Assembly: GCA_965223155.1 (NCBI GenBank)
Contig: CBDCVR010000015.1
Location: forward strand, 1,245,892-1,309,891
Direction: 5' to 3'
Length of the DNA: 64,000 nt
Source: Candidatus Multivoradales bacterium
GTDB taxonomy: Bacteria > Acidobacteriota > Thermoanaerobaculia > Multivoradales > JAHEKO01
Shown here: positions 44,070 to 53,147 of the stretch, piece by piece
Layout of the letters: every line of letters begins with the position of its first letter
Position numbering within the stretch: position 1 is the first letter of the stretch
Program-made: the position numbers and the translations under genes
The notes under the pieces: model-generated
What the model was told of the DNA's origin: nothing
Seen by the model: the letters and a program-made list of their open reading frames with translations, nothing else
The model's database searches: none

Positions 44070-44750
44070 CTACTGGGCGGCGTCCGCCGGCACGAGATCC
44101 CGGCGCGCCGCCAGCGGCCGTGACACGTCGACATGGCCGGCCAGCGAAGCGCGCTGGCGCCCGTTGAAGAGCAGCACGACCTCGCTCGTCCGCGGCTCGT
44201 CCAGGAGGATGGTGTTGACCAGGCTGTAGATCGCCAGAAGTTCTTCGGTCGAGCCCATGCCCGGCGCGTTGCCGTCGGGAAGCGTGAGATCGACGTAGAT
44301 CCGCCCCTCGGGCGAAGCGTAGAGATTGGCGATGCTCGTGCCCTCGGCCCAGGGCCAGGTGGCGGCCAGGCGTTCGCCCCGGGGGCCAGCCAGAAGCTCC
44401 TCGACCAGCCAGCGCCGGCGGGCTTCGGCTCCGAGAGCCTCGTCGGGGTCCCGCCGCTCGCTTGCGAGCTGGCCATCGGGCGCGGGAAAGTAAAGGGTCG
44501 CCGAGCGCGCCGCGTCGGCGTCCGAGCCGTCGCCGCCGGCGCCTCCGGACGAAGAATCCGAATCCCGGCCGCAGCCCACCACCAAGACGGCAACGAGGAC
44601 GGCGGCGAAGACGGCCGGGCCAGCGGGGAGGATTGGCCCCAGCTTCGAAGAGGCTTCCGGCGGAAGTGCTCCGGGGAAGGCCGGTCCGGCCGGCCTCCGG
44701 GGCGCCGCCCGGACCTTCCGGGAGGGTTCGCGAAGCGCTTCCATCGTCAT
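44070..44750 (-). CDS. GerMN domain lipoprotein
   Basis: Lipobox VGC, TLYF, EELLAGP, YVDL and AIYSLVNT. Confidence 0.85.
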   Translation of the reverse strand: MTMEALREPSRKVRAAPRRPAGPAFPGALPPEASSKLGPILPAGPAVFAAVLVAVLVVGCGRDSDSSSGGAGGDGSDADAARSATLYFPAPDGQLASERRDPDEALGAEARRRWLVEELLAGPRGERLAATWPWAEGTSIANLYASPEGRIYVDLTLPDGNAPGMGSTEELLAIYSLVNTILLDEPRTSEVVLLFNGRQRASLAGHVDVSRPLAARRDLVPADAAQ

Positions 44751-46384
44751 TGGGGCGAGACCGCGGTGGTGGCGGGCTCGTCCGGCGTCGCTGGTCTCGG
44801 CACGCCCTCGATCTTGGCCTTGTAGCGCGACACCGCCCGCACCAGGGCATCCGCGAGCTCGGCCCGGTACCGGGCCTGTCCGAGCTTCGCTTCTTCGCTC
44901 GGGTTGCTCAGAAAGCCCAGCTCGACCAAGACCGCGGGCATGGCCGCCCCCACCAGCACTCGGAAAGGCGCCTGCTTGACGCCGCGGTTGCGCAAGTCGA
45001 GCGCGGCGTTGAGCTCACTCTGGACCAGCCGCGCGAAGTTCTGGCTGTGGGCCAGATAGCGGCTCTGGGCCAGATCCCAGAGGATCAACTGGAGGTCGTA
45101 GAGCGGATCGTCCGTGCCCGCGTTGGCCGCCGCGGCCGCCATCTCGGCCGACTCGTCCGTCGCCTCCAGGCTCAAGAAATAGGTCTCGGCGCCGTGGGCG
45201 CCGGCGTTGGGCGAAGCGTTGATGTGGAGCGAGACGAAGAGATCGCCCTTGTACTGATTGGCGAGCGCCGAACGGGTGTCGAGCGGCACCTCGCTGTCGT
45301 CCGACCGGGTCAGCACCACGCGCACACCGAGGCGGCTTTCGAGCCGTGCCTTGACCTCGCGCGCCACCGCCAGGGTCAGGGTCTTCTCGAGCATGCCGCC
45401 GCTGCCCAGGGCGCCGGTGTCACGGCCGCCGTGACCGGGATCCAGAACCACCGTGCGCACTCCGGAGCGGCGCCGGCGAGTCGGCCGCGGCGGCACGATG
45501 CCGCCGCTCGGCAAGCGCGGCCGGATCCGATCGGTTTCGCCCGGCTCGACCGAGTCCTCGGCGCCGTAGCTTTCGGCCGCGGCCCGGCCGAACTCGCCGG
45601 TCGGGTCGCTCAAGACGTCGAAGACGATCCGGAAGGGATCCTCCAGCACGTAGTCCTGGGCGGCGGTGTCGGGTGCCAGCTCGATCATGATCGATTGGGG
45701 CGTGAAGCGCACGTCGCGCACGAACTCGTCGGGCGCGAACGCCCGTGGCGCGGTGAGCTCGACCTGGTCGCCCAAGAGCTCGATCGTCACCCGCCGGCGC
45801 GTGCGCAGGATCCGGTAGCGCGGCCGCGCGGCGAACTCGAAGACCAGAGTCGTCACGCCCTGGAGATTGACGACGTCGAGCGTTGCCGGCAGGACCTGGA
45901 GCGCCCGCTTGGCGATCGCCAGCCGCCGCTCGCCCGGCGACCACACGAACTCGTACCCATAGAGCTCGCCGTAGAGCTTCTCGAGAAAGTCGAGCGGTAC
46001 CTGAAGCCCGCCCACGCCCGCGACCGGGGCCTGCGACAGCTTGATCCGCTCGATGCCCTCGGTCACGATCGGGCTGCCGGGGCCGAGCAGGAAGGAGGAG
46101 TCCCCCAGGGCGAGCTCGTGCCGCTGCCGGAGCGGCCCGACGGAGAGCTCGCCGCCCAGAAGCGGCACAAGATGTTGCAGGGCAAAGAGCGGGCCGACCC
46201 AGGTGCGGGAGTACGGGATCGAGCCCTGGCGGTCGTGGACCGAAAAGCTCGCCGTGCCGCTTTCCAGCACCTCGAACGAGCGATCCTCGGCGGCCGGATT
46301 GGCTGCCGCCGCGCTCTCCCATCCCGCGCTGCCGAGGGAGAGTAAGATTAGGGAACCGGCGAGAGCCGAGGGGCGGATCCGCAC
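44747..46384 (-). CDS. N-acetylmuramoyl-L-alanine amidase (Amidase_3, AMIN-like region)
   Basis: LDPGHGG, EK, SLHINA and LVELGFLSN; signal peptide from GTG 46384. Confidence 0.92.
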   Translation of the reverse strand: MRIRPSALAGSLILLSLGSAGWESAAAANPAAEDRSFEVLESGTASFSVHDRQGSIPYSRTWVGPLFALQHLVPLLGGELSVGPLRQRHELALGDSSFLLGPGSPIVTEGIERIKLSQAPVAGVGGLQVPLDFLEKLYGELYGYEFVWSPGERRLAIAKRALQVLPATLDVVNLQGVTTLVFEFAARPRYRILRTRRRVTIELLGDQVELTAPRAFAPDEFVRDVRFTPQSIMIELAPDTAAQDYVLEDPFRIVFDVLSDPTGEFGRAAAESYGAEDSVEPGETDRIRPRLPSGGIVPPRPTRRRRSGVRTVVLDPGHGGRDTGALGSGGMLEKTLTLAVAREVKARLESRLGVRVVLTRSDDSEVPLDTRSALANQYKGDLFVSLHINASPNAGAHGAETYFLSLEATDESAEMAAAAANAGTDDPLYDLQLILWDLAQSRYLAHSQNFARLVQSELNAALDLRNRGVKQAPFRVLVGAAMPAVLVELGFLSNPSEEAKLGQARYRAELADALVRAVSRYKAKIEGVPRPATPDEPATTAVSPQ

Positions 46385-46440
46385 CCCCGGACAATACCAT
46401 CGCGACCGTCTCGCCGCGGCGTGCAAGGAGGCATGAGGAA

Positions 46441-46824
46441 ATGGAAATTCGGGAATTTCGCGTCTGTCTGAAGGCCAAGGACTTCGACCGGACCTGCCGC
46501 TTCTACGGCGACGTTCTGGGTTTCGCGCGCCAGCGCTCGAGCGACGATGCCTCGGGCCGCATCGCCGTCTACCAGGCCGGCGCCGGCCAGATCGAGATCC
46601 TCGGGAGCGCCCGCGAGGCCGGCAAAGACGCCAGCGCCAAGTACCATTTGCCCGATGCGCCAATGACCCTCGTCCTCGAAGTCTCCTCGGCCGAGAAAGC
46701 CTACGAAGAGCTCATCTTCCGCGACAGGAACATTCCCGGGGGCCTGCGCGAAGACGGCGCCGGGGGCCTCATCTTCGAGACCCGCGACCCCGACGGCGTC
46801 AAGATCCTCCTGGTCGAGGCCTAG
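46441..46824 (+). CDS. VOC/glyoxalase family protein
   Basis: RFYGDVLGF and RDPDGVKI motifs. Confidence 0.85.
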   Translation: MEIREFRVCLKAKDFDRTCRFYGDVLGFARQRSSDDASGRIAVYQAGAGQIEILGSAREAGKDASAKYHLPDAPMTLVLEVSSAEKAYEELIFRDRNIPGGLREDGAGGLIFETRDPDGVKILLVEA

Positions 46825-46956
46825 CACCCGGCGCAGCGCTGCGCGGCCGGTCGCCATCCTGAGCGCTCATTGCGACTATTCGTCTGGAGTGCTTGTCCTG
46901 AGCGCTCATCTTGAGTGCTGGGGCCGCATTTGCTAGCCTCTCCCTCCCACAAACGG

Positions 46957-47032
46957 GGCGCGTTCGTCTAGGGGTCTAGGACGCCGGCCTCTCACGCCGG
47001 TAACACGGGTTCGAATCCCGTACGCGCTACCA
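46957..47032 (+). tRNA. tRNA-Glu(CTC), island attachment site
   Basis: Acceptor GGCGCGT/ACGCGCT, anticodon arm CCGGC-CTCTCAC-GCCGG, TTCGAAT, CCA. Confidence 0.95.
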
Positions 47033-48506
47033 CCTTTTCCAGCTCGATCTCCGGCCGGTCCAAGTCACTGAAGAACAGGCAGGTTACCGGGGTTCGAAAC
47101 GCCTCGTTGGACCAAACGAGGCCCTCGGGGAACAGGACCTTCTGCATCCGCCGGCGAAGCTCGAGCGGGAACTCCTCCCACAGGCGGCGGGCGTTCAAGA
47201 CGACGTACTCGGCGAACTCGAGGACGGCCTCAACGTCGAGCGAATCAAGAGCGTTGTCGTGGTGCTCGACGCGGACCAGGGTCAGGTCCTGGCCGATCCG
47301 CGCGAGCTCGCTGCGGTAAGTGTCCTGGTCGATCGCCTGCTCGTAGACGTAGGCCTCGACCAGGCGCTTCTTCTGCTCCTCGAGCCGCGCCAGCTCCTTC
47401 TCTAGCAGCGGGCGCATCTCGTCGAGCTCCTCTTTCCGCCGACGCCAGACCAGGAGCACGGTCTCCTTGAGCGCCTGCAGGTTCTTCTTCGAGGGCTTGA
47501 GCCGGTCGAGCAGCTCGAGGAAGCGCTCCTCGAGGGCCTCCTTCCGGAGGCTCGTGGTGCGGCAGCGGTGGCAGTGGTAGTAGGCGTACCGTTTGCCCGT
47601 CTTGGAGCGGGCCCAGGAGCCGGTCAGCGGGTTGTCGCAGGACCCGCAGCGGACGAAGCGCCGCAGGGGGAAGTCGGGGTTGTTGCGGAAGCGCTGCTCG
47701 CCAGTCCTCGCTGCCTTCCTCATCGCCAGCTGCGCCCGGTGGAAGGTGTGCTCGTCGACGATCGGCTCGAAGTCGCCCTGGACGTCGATGCCCCACTTGT
47801 CGTTCCGGATCCGACCGGCGTAGAGCGGGTGCTTGAGCATCTGCCCGAAGCTCTGCGGGCTCATCTTGTTGCCGAGCTTCGTCCGCAGTCCCAGGATCGT
47901 CACCTGCTCGAGGACCTCACGCTTCGAGTGAACGCCTTTGGCGTAGAGCTCGAAAGCGCGACGGACCAGGGGCGCGACCTCAGGATCGGGCTCGATGGTC
48001 TTCGAGCCGTCCGGCCGGTGGACGTTCCGATAGCCGAGCGGCGCCGGGAAGGTCCAGCGACCCCGCTTCAGGGCTTCCTTCATGCCCAGGGTCGTCTTCT
48101 CGGCGCGCTGGTCGTTGTCGAACTGTGCGATGGCGGCCAGGACGCCTTCCATGAGCTTCCCCGTGGGCGTCTCGTCGATCGCCTGGGTCACGGCCCGGAG
48201 CGTCATGCCGAGCCTGCCGAGCTGCGCCCGCACCGCGTGGTGGTCGTAGCTGTTCCGGGCGAAGCGGTCGAGCGAGTAGACGACCATCACGTCGACCCGC
48301 CCTAGATTCTCTCGGCAGTAGCTCAGGAGCCGCGTCAGCTCCGTCCGGTCCGCCGACTTCGCAGACTCACCCCGCTCGACGAAGACCCGATCCACCGTCC
48401 ACCCCTGCGCCTTGCAGAAGCGCACGCACTCCTTGCGCTGCGCCGGCAGACTCAGGTTCTTCGCCTGCTGCTGCGTGCTGACTCGGCAGTAGATGACGGC
48501 GCGCAT
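46992..48506 (-). CDS. Large serine recombinase (integrase)
   Basis: Catalytic YCRVST, LDRFARN, recombinase domain PLGY, Zn ribbon CGSC...CHRC, coiled coil. Confidence 0.95.
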   Translation of the reverse strand: MRAVIYCRVSTQQQAKNLSLPAQRKECVRFCKAQGWTVDRVFVERGESAKSADRTELTRLLSYCRENLGRVDVMVVYSLDRFARNSYDHHAVRAQLGRLGMTLRAVTQAIDETPTGKLMEGVLAAIAQFDNDQRAEKTTLGMKEALKRGRWTFPAPLGYRNVHRPDGSKTIEPDPEVAPLVRRAFELYAKGVHSKREVLEQVTILGLRTKLGNKMSPQSFGQMLKHPLYAGRIRNDKWGIDVQGDFEPIVDEHTFHRAQLAMRKAARTGEQRFRNNPDFPLRRFVRCGSCDNPLTGSWARSKTGKRYAYYHCHRCRTTSLRKEALEERFLELLDRLKPSKKNLQALKETVLLVWRRRKEELDEMRPLLEKELARLEEQKKRLVEAYVYEQAIDQDTYRSELARIGQDLTLVRVEHHDNALDSLDVEAVLEFAEYVVLNARRLWEEFPLELRRRMQKVLFPEGLVWSNEAFRTPVTCLFFSDLDRPEIELEKVVARTGFEPVLPA

Positions 48507-48706
48507 CAGTCGGCCTCGACGTCCTCCTCGCTCAAGCTTGGCTCGGCGATTTCAGAAGCGCCGCCGAGTCTAACCGAGGCTGCCTCGACGATGATCTCCG
48601 CCAACTCGTGCATCTCCCGTCGCAGCGTCTCGAGCTCCGCCTCGCTCAGCCCGCAGTCGGGCCCGAAGATTTCCCGGAGGCGTTCCATCGGCAGCATGTT
48701 TCCCAC
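48506..48706 (-). CDS. Small protein translationally coupled to the recombinase
   Basis: 66 aa, TGATG overlap with the integrase start, GGAG SD upstream. Confidence 0.65.
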   Translation of the reverse strand: MGNMLPMERLREIFGPDCGLSEAELETLRREMHELAEIIVEAASVRLGGASEIAEPSLSEEDVEAD

Positions 48707-48806
48707 GCGTGTAATACTCCTACACGCATAGGAGACAAGTCAAGTGGTCCGGCGACGCTGGCTTCTAACTGGGTGAAGTCCTACAATCGTCGGAACAGGC
48801 TGAAAC

Positions 48807-49160
48807 ATGGCGAGTCGATTGCGCAAGACCGTACCGAAGGAACGTCTCTCCCCCTCCGAGTGGGAGATCATGCGGATCTGCTGGCGGCTGGGCCGTTGCA
48901 CGGTGCGCGATGTACTGGCCGAGGACCAGAGGACTCGCAAACGGGACTACCGAACGATTCTCACCTTCATGACCCGCATGGCAAGGAAGGGCTGGCTCCG
49001 AGGCCACAAGGTGGGCAACACGAACCACTACTCACCAGCAGTGGCGCAGGACAAGGCAGTTCTTCGAGAGATCGAGCTCTTCCTTGACGCGGTGATCGGG
49101 CGTCAGCCGGAGAACTTCGAGCTCCTCCGGAGAGCCATAGGCGCCTCGCGGCGGTCCTAG
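48807..49160 (+). CDS. BlaI/MecI/CopY family transcriptional regulator
   Basis: LSPSEWEIMRICW, TVRDV, YRTILTFMTRMARKGWL and YSPAV. Confidence 0.88.
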   Translation: MASRLRKTVPKERLSPSEWEIMRICWRLGRCTVRDVLAEDQRTRKRDYRTILTFMTRMARKGWLRGHKVGNTNHYSPAVAQDKAVLREIELFLDAVIGRQPENFELLRRAIGASRRS

Positions 49161-49213
49161 ATCTCAGCGAGCACGGCGGTGCTGGCCTGGCCATGCACCA
49201 TTCAGTCCGCAGC

Positions 49214-49242
49214 TTGACATCGAATGTTCGATTTACTAACAT
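49214..49242 (+). promoter_or_regulatory. sigma70 promoter of defence operon with palindromic operator
   Basis: TTGACA-17 nt-TAACAT; ATCGAA-tg-TTCGAT at 49219-49232 in the spacer. Confidence 0.7.
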
Positions 49243-49300
49243 AGTCATGTGCCGGGCGGATTGTCCGTCCGACAGCAGACCCAATGAGGAGGTGCTGAGA

Positions 49301-50557
49301 ATGCCGGTCACGCCCAAAGAGCTCAGTCGACGGATTCGAACCGCGCGGGAAGCATGTGGGCTGACGCAGGAGCAGGTGGCTCAGGATCTCGGGGTGTCAA
49401 GGTCGGCTGTAGCCCAGATCGAAAGAGGAAAGCGCTCGGTCTCCAGCCTTGAGCTCGACCGGTTTGCTCACCTGTTTGGCCGCGACATTCGTGATTTCGT
49501 AGCGGACTCATTCGACGAGACCGACTCTCTCGCAGCTCTGTTCCGCGCACAGCCGGCGGTTCTTGAGGAGCCATCCGTGGCGGATGCACTTCGAGACTGC
49601 GTAGCGATAGGAAGAGAGATCAGCAACCTAGAGGAGCTGCTCGGAATCGAACGATCAGCTGGAGTGGTCGCCAGTTACCAGCTGCGAGCCCCGAGCACTC
49701 GCTGGGAGGCGATTCGACAAGGTGAGGTACTGGCCAAGGAGGAGCGTCGGCGTCTAGGCCTAGGCGCTACTGCTCTGCCGGACCTTGCCGAGCTCCTCGA
49801 AACGGAAGGCGTACGCACCGGGGTCGTCGATCTTCCGGACGACGTGTCGGGCTTGACGCTCAACGACAAAGAACATGGCCTCTTCGTGATTGCGAACCGC
49901 TCGCATCACGTTCTTCGCCGGCGTTTCTCCTTTGCACATGAGTACGCGCATGTGCTCGCCGATCGAGACCGTTTCGGACTCATCAGCCGCTCCTCGGAGC
50001 GCAGCAACCTGATTGAAGTGCGCGCCAACGCTTTCGGCGCTTGCTTTCTCATGCCTGAAGAGGGCGTGAAGGAGTTTCTGATCAGCCTCGGGAAGGGGAA
50101 GCCGAGTCGCCCATCGTCGGAGGTCTTTGACGAAGCGGATAGCGTCAAGGTTGAAGGGCGAATGGCGCCTGGTAGCCAAGCAGTGCAGCTCTACGATGTT
50201 GTCCAGCTCGCCGCCCACTTCGGTGTGAGTCGCATCGCGGCGCTATACAGGCTTCGAAACCTGAACCTAATCAACGAAGCCGAGTTCGATGATCTGCGGA
50301 CCTTAGATGACGCTGGCCGAGGGCGACAGCTCTCCCAGGCACTTGGTCTGCGAGAACCCGATCACGAGGAGGCACGGAATTGGTTCCGGCATCGTTTCCT
50401 GGGCCTTGCACTCGAGGCTTTCCGCCGTGAGGAGATATCGCGCGGGAAGCTGGAGGAGCTCGTCTTGGTGCTTGGTGTATCAAGAGAAAAGCTCGAGGAA
50501 CTCCTCGAAGAAGCTGGCCTTGTCGAGCGGAGCGCCGAGGGAGTTCCGGAGCGATGA
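49301..50557 (+). CDS. XRE HTH fused to ImmA/IrrE metallo-endopeptidase
   Basis: HTH GLTQEQVAQDLGVSRSAVAQIERG; RRRFSFAHEYAH and EVRANAF; GAGGAGG RBS. Confidence 0.93.
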   Translation: MPVTPKELSRRIRTAREACGLTQEQVAQDLGVSRSAVAQIERGKRSVSSLELDRFAHLFGRDIRDFVADSFDETDSLAALFRAQPAVLEEPSVADALRDCVAIGREISNLEELLGIERSAGVVASYQLRAPSTRWEAIRQGEVLAKEERRRLGLGATALPDLAELLETEGVRTGVVDLPDDVSGLTLNDKEHGLFVIANRSHHVLRRRFSFAHEYAHVLADRDRFGLISRSSERSNLIEVRANAFGACFLMPEEGVKEFLISLGKGKPSRPSSEVFDEADSVKVEGRMAPGSQAVQLYDVVQLAAHFGVSRIAALYRLRNLNLINEAEFDDLRTLDDAGRGRQLSQALGLREPDHEEARNWFRHRFLGLALEAFRREEISRGKLEELVLVLGVSREKLEELLEEAGLVERSAEGVPER

Positions 50558-51087
50558 CCAAGCAGCGAGCCAGGGTCGTCGTGACCGATGCCAATGTGCT
50601 GATAAACCTCGCACACGTTCATCGGCTAGACCTTTGCGCTCGCCTTGCAGGCCTTGAGTTCGTAATTCCAGATCATGTCCGTGACGAGATAACTCGCCGC
50701 GAGCATCGAGATGCCCTGGAAGAGTCAATCGAGGCAGGCGTCTTTAGGGTCGTCAGCATCACCGAGGCGGACGACATTGCGGCGTTCGCAGCGCTCACGA
50801 CCTTTCTGGGCCGCGGCGAAGCGTCGTGCTTGGTCCTTGCTTCGCGAAACGGCTGGCTGGTCGCAAGCGACGAAAGGGGCAGGTTTCGTCGCGAAGCGGG
50901 CGCCCGTATTGGGCAAGACAGGATCCTCGGGACGGTCGAGATCTACGTCCGCGCCCTGCAAGCGGGCCTGCTCTCGCTGGAGGAGGCGGATGTCGACAAG
51001 GCGGTGTTGGAAACACGACGGTTCCGAATGCCATTCGAATCGTTCCACGATATTCCTGTAGACGTTGTGCCAAAGGCTTCGCGATGA
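50554..51087 (+). CDS. PIN domain nuclease (DUF3368-like)
   Basis: VVTDANVLI, LGRGEASCLVLA and VASDE acidic triad; ATGA overlap. Confidence 0.85.
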   Translation: MTKQRARVVVTDANVLINLAHVHRLDLCARLAGLEFVIPDHVRDEITRREHRDALEESIEAGVFRVVSITEADDIAAFAALTTFLGRGEASCLVLASRNGWLVASDERGRFRREAGARIGQDRILGTVEIYVRALQAGLLSLEEADVDKAVLETRRFRMPFESFHDIPVDVVPKASR

Positions 51088-52253
51088 AGACGGGGGATCG
51101 AGTGTCGCTCTACAAGCCTAGGGGAAGGCAAGTGCCTGCGAAGACGAGGTTGTTCCTCTTTACGCAGGCCGGAGGCCGCTGCGAGTTCGACGGCTGCAAC
51201 CGCTACCTTCTCGAACATCCTCTTACGAGGACCGTCGGCGTCTTTGCACAAATGGCGCATATCTTCGCTTTCAGCGACCGCGGCCCTCGTGCTGTGCCGT
51301 CGGGGTCAACGGCAGAAAAGCACGCCCTTGCGAACCTCATTCTTCTCTGCCCAGAGTGCCACAAGCTCGTAGACGATGACCCTGAAACCTACAGTGCCTC
51401 GGTACTTCGAAAACATAAGAAGGCGCACGAAGATCGAATCTTCATACTCACGGATACCAAGCCAGACCGCCAGACGGTCGCCTTCGTTCTACGGGCGAGA
51501 ATTGCAGACCAGAGTGTTGCTATCTCTCGTGCTGACATGGAGGCAGCTGTCGCACCGCGCTACCTTGGCAGAGACGTAGTCGAGTGCAACTTGACGGCGC
51601 TGCGTGATCAAGTTGGATGCGACTACTGGCAGGTTTCGCAAGACGCAATTCAGAGAGCCGCTGCGGGGCTGTACACAGGCACATTCGACGGAGGGCCGGC
51701 GCGCCACGTATCTGTATTTGCACTCGCGCCGATACCGCTCCTGGTGTTTCTTGGAACTCAGCTTAGCAGCAAGGTTCCCACCTCGATGTTCCAACGGCAC
51801 CGCGATTCGGAGGATTGGAAATGGAAAACGCGTGGGGAGGCCGTTTCATTTCAGATGCGACAGCTGAGAAAGGGGACACAGACCGACCGACTTGCACTTC
51901 TACTCTCATTAAGTGGTCCAATCGAGGCGACTGATCTCCCCGCGGAGATTGACGCCCGGTACACCATCACAGAGATCGCACCGGCGAGTCAGCGGCCAAG
52001 CCCAAATGTGCTTCGCTTGGAAGCTACGTTTCACGCGTTTCGTACTGAGTTCATGGCTACCGTTCGGCAGCTTGTCGCGCGGCATCAGGGGCTCAGAGCG
52101 ATCGACCTGTTTCCGGCTGTTCCTGCGCCTGTTGCTACCGCAGTAGGGCGAGACCTGCTCCCCAAGCGCGACCCTTCTCTTCGGGTCTACGACTACAACA
52201 AGCGAGCTGGCGGCTTCTCGCTGGCCCTGGAGGTGAATCAGAATGAAACCTGA
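51084..52253 (+). CDS. cap5: CBASS HNH-SAVED effector (Cap5-like)
   Basis: AGGRCEFDGC, AHIFAFSDRGPR and NLILLCPECHKLVD (HNH); SAVED motifs VFALAPIPLLVFLG and LFPAVPAPVATAVG. Confidence 0.9.
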   Translation: MKTGDRVSLYKPRGRQVPAKTRLFLFTQAGGRCEFDGCNRYLLEHPLTRTVGVFAQMAHIFAFSDRGPRAVPSGSTAEKHALANLILLCPECHKLVDDDPETYSASVLRKHKKAHEDRIFILTDTKPDRQTVAFVLRARIADQSVAISRADMEAAVAPRYLGRDVVECNLTALRDQVGCDYWQVSQDAIQRAAAGLYTGTFDGGPARHVSVFALAPIPLLVFLGTQLSSKVPTSMFQRHRDSEDWKWKTRGEAVSFQMRQLRKGTQTDRLALLLSLSGPIEATDLPAEIDARYTITEIAPASQRPSPNVLRLEATFHAFRTEFMATVRQLVARHQGLRAIDLFPAVPAPVATAVGRDLLPKRDPSLRVYDYNKRAGGFSLALEVNQNET

Positions 52254-53142
52254 AGACTACATACGCAGAATCCTGGTAGGCCAGACCTTTGCAAGCGATG
52301 ATGCAGAGCTAGAGGAGATCCGCGAGGGGCGGAAACGCATTGAATCGATCTTGCGCAGCCACTTCTCTTCATCAAGCCCTTCAATTCGGTGGGCCGGGTC
52401 AATGGCTAAGGGGACGATGATTCGCGAGTCGTATGACGGCGACATGACGTGCTACTTCGATCATGATGATGTTTCCGCCGGTAGCACCCTGGCGGAGATC
52501 TACAGTAATACTCTGGAGGCCCTGTCGGGCGACTACCTGCTTGAGCAGAAGCCCTCTGCGATCCGCGTGAGAGATAAGGAGTTTCACACGGATCTCCACA
52601 TCGACGTAGTTCCAGGCCGGTACACCAACGACGAGAGGAAGGACGTGTTCCTGCACCGGACTACCGGTGATAAGGAACGGCTGAAGACCAACCTCCAAGT
52701 CCACGTCGACCACATCAAGGGGAGTGGAGTTGTTGACGCCATCCGCCTGATGAAGTTGTGGAACGTGCGAAATGGTGTCGACACCAAGACGTTTGTTCTT
52801 GAGCTCCTGGTCGTCGAACTCCTAAGAGAACAGAAGAGAACTTCACTCTCGAGCCAGCTCCTAAGTGTCTGGAGAGAATTCAGCGATGACCCAGACGGCC
52901 TCGCTGTCGAAGACCCTGCGAACGCAAACAACGACCTTAAGCCCGTTCTTGACCGCTTTCGCCCGATGCTGGAGCAAGCCGCCCGGGATACTCTGTGGCA
53001 GATCGACAACAGCGGCTGGGAAGCCGTCTTCGGGAGCATTGAAGATGACGACGGCGGGAACGGAGGGAAGAAGAGGGAGGCCCTTCGGGCCACGGCTGCT
53101 GCCGTCGCGAACCCAACCAAGCCCTGGCTGATTGGATTCTGA
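52243..53142 (+). CDS. CD-NTase (cGAS/DncV-like cyclic oligonucleotide synthase)
   Basis: GSMAKGT, YDGD, DVVP, IRLMKLW, FVLELL and EDPAN; adjacent to SAVED effector. Confidence 0.9.
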   Translation: MKPEDYIRRILVGQTFASDDAELEEIREGRKRIESILRSHFSSSSPSIRWAGSMAKGTMIRESYDGDMTCYFDHDDVSAGSTLAEIYSNTLEALSGDYLLEQKPSAIRVRDKEFHTDLHIDVVPGRYTNDERKDVFLHRTTGDKERLKTNLQVHVDHIKGSGVVDAIRLMKLWNVRNGVDTKTFVLELLVVELLREQKRTSLSSQLLSVWREFSDDPDGLAVEDPANANNDLKPVLDRFRPMLEQAARDTLWQIDNSGWEAVFGSIEDDDGGNGGKKREALRATAAAVANPTKPWLIGF

Positions 53143-53147
53143 GTCGC

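Noticed and set aside
49219-49232. LexA/SOS box
   Set aside because: CGAA-N2-TTCG does not fit GAAC-N4-GTTC, CTGT-N8-ACAG or GTTC-N7-GTTC.
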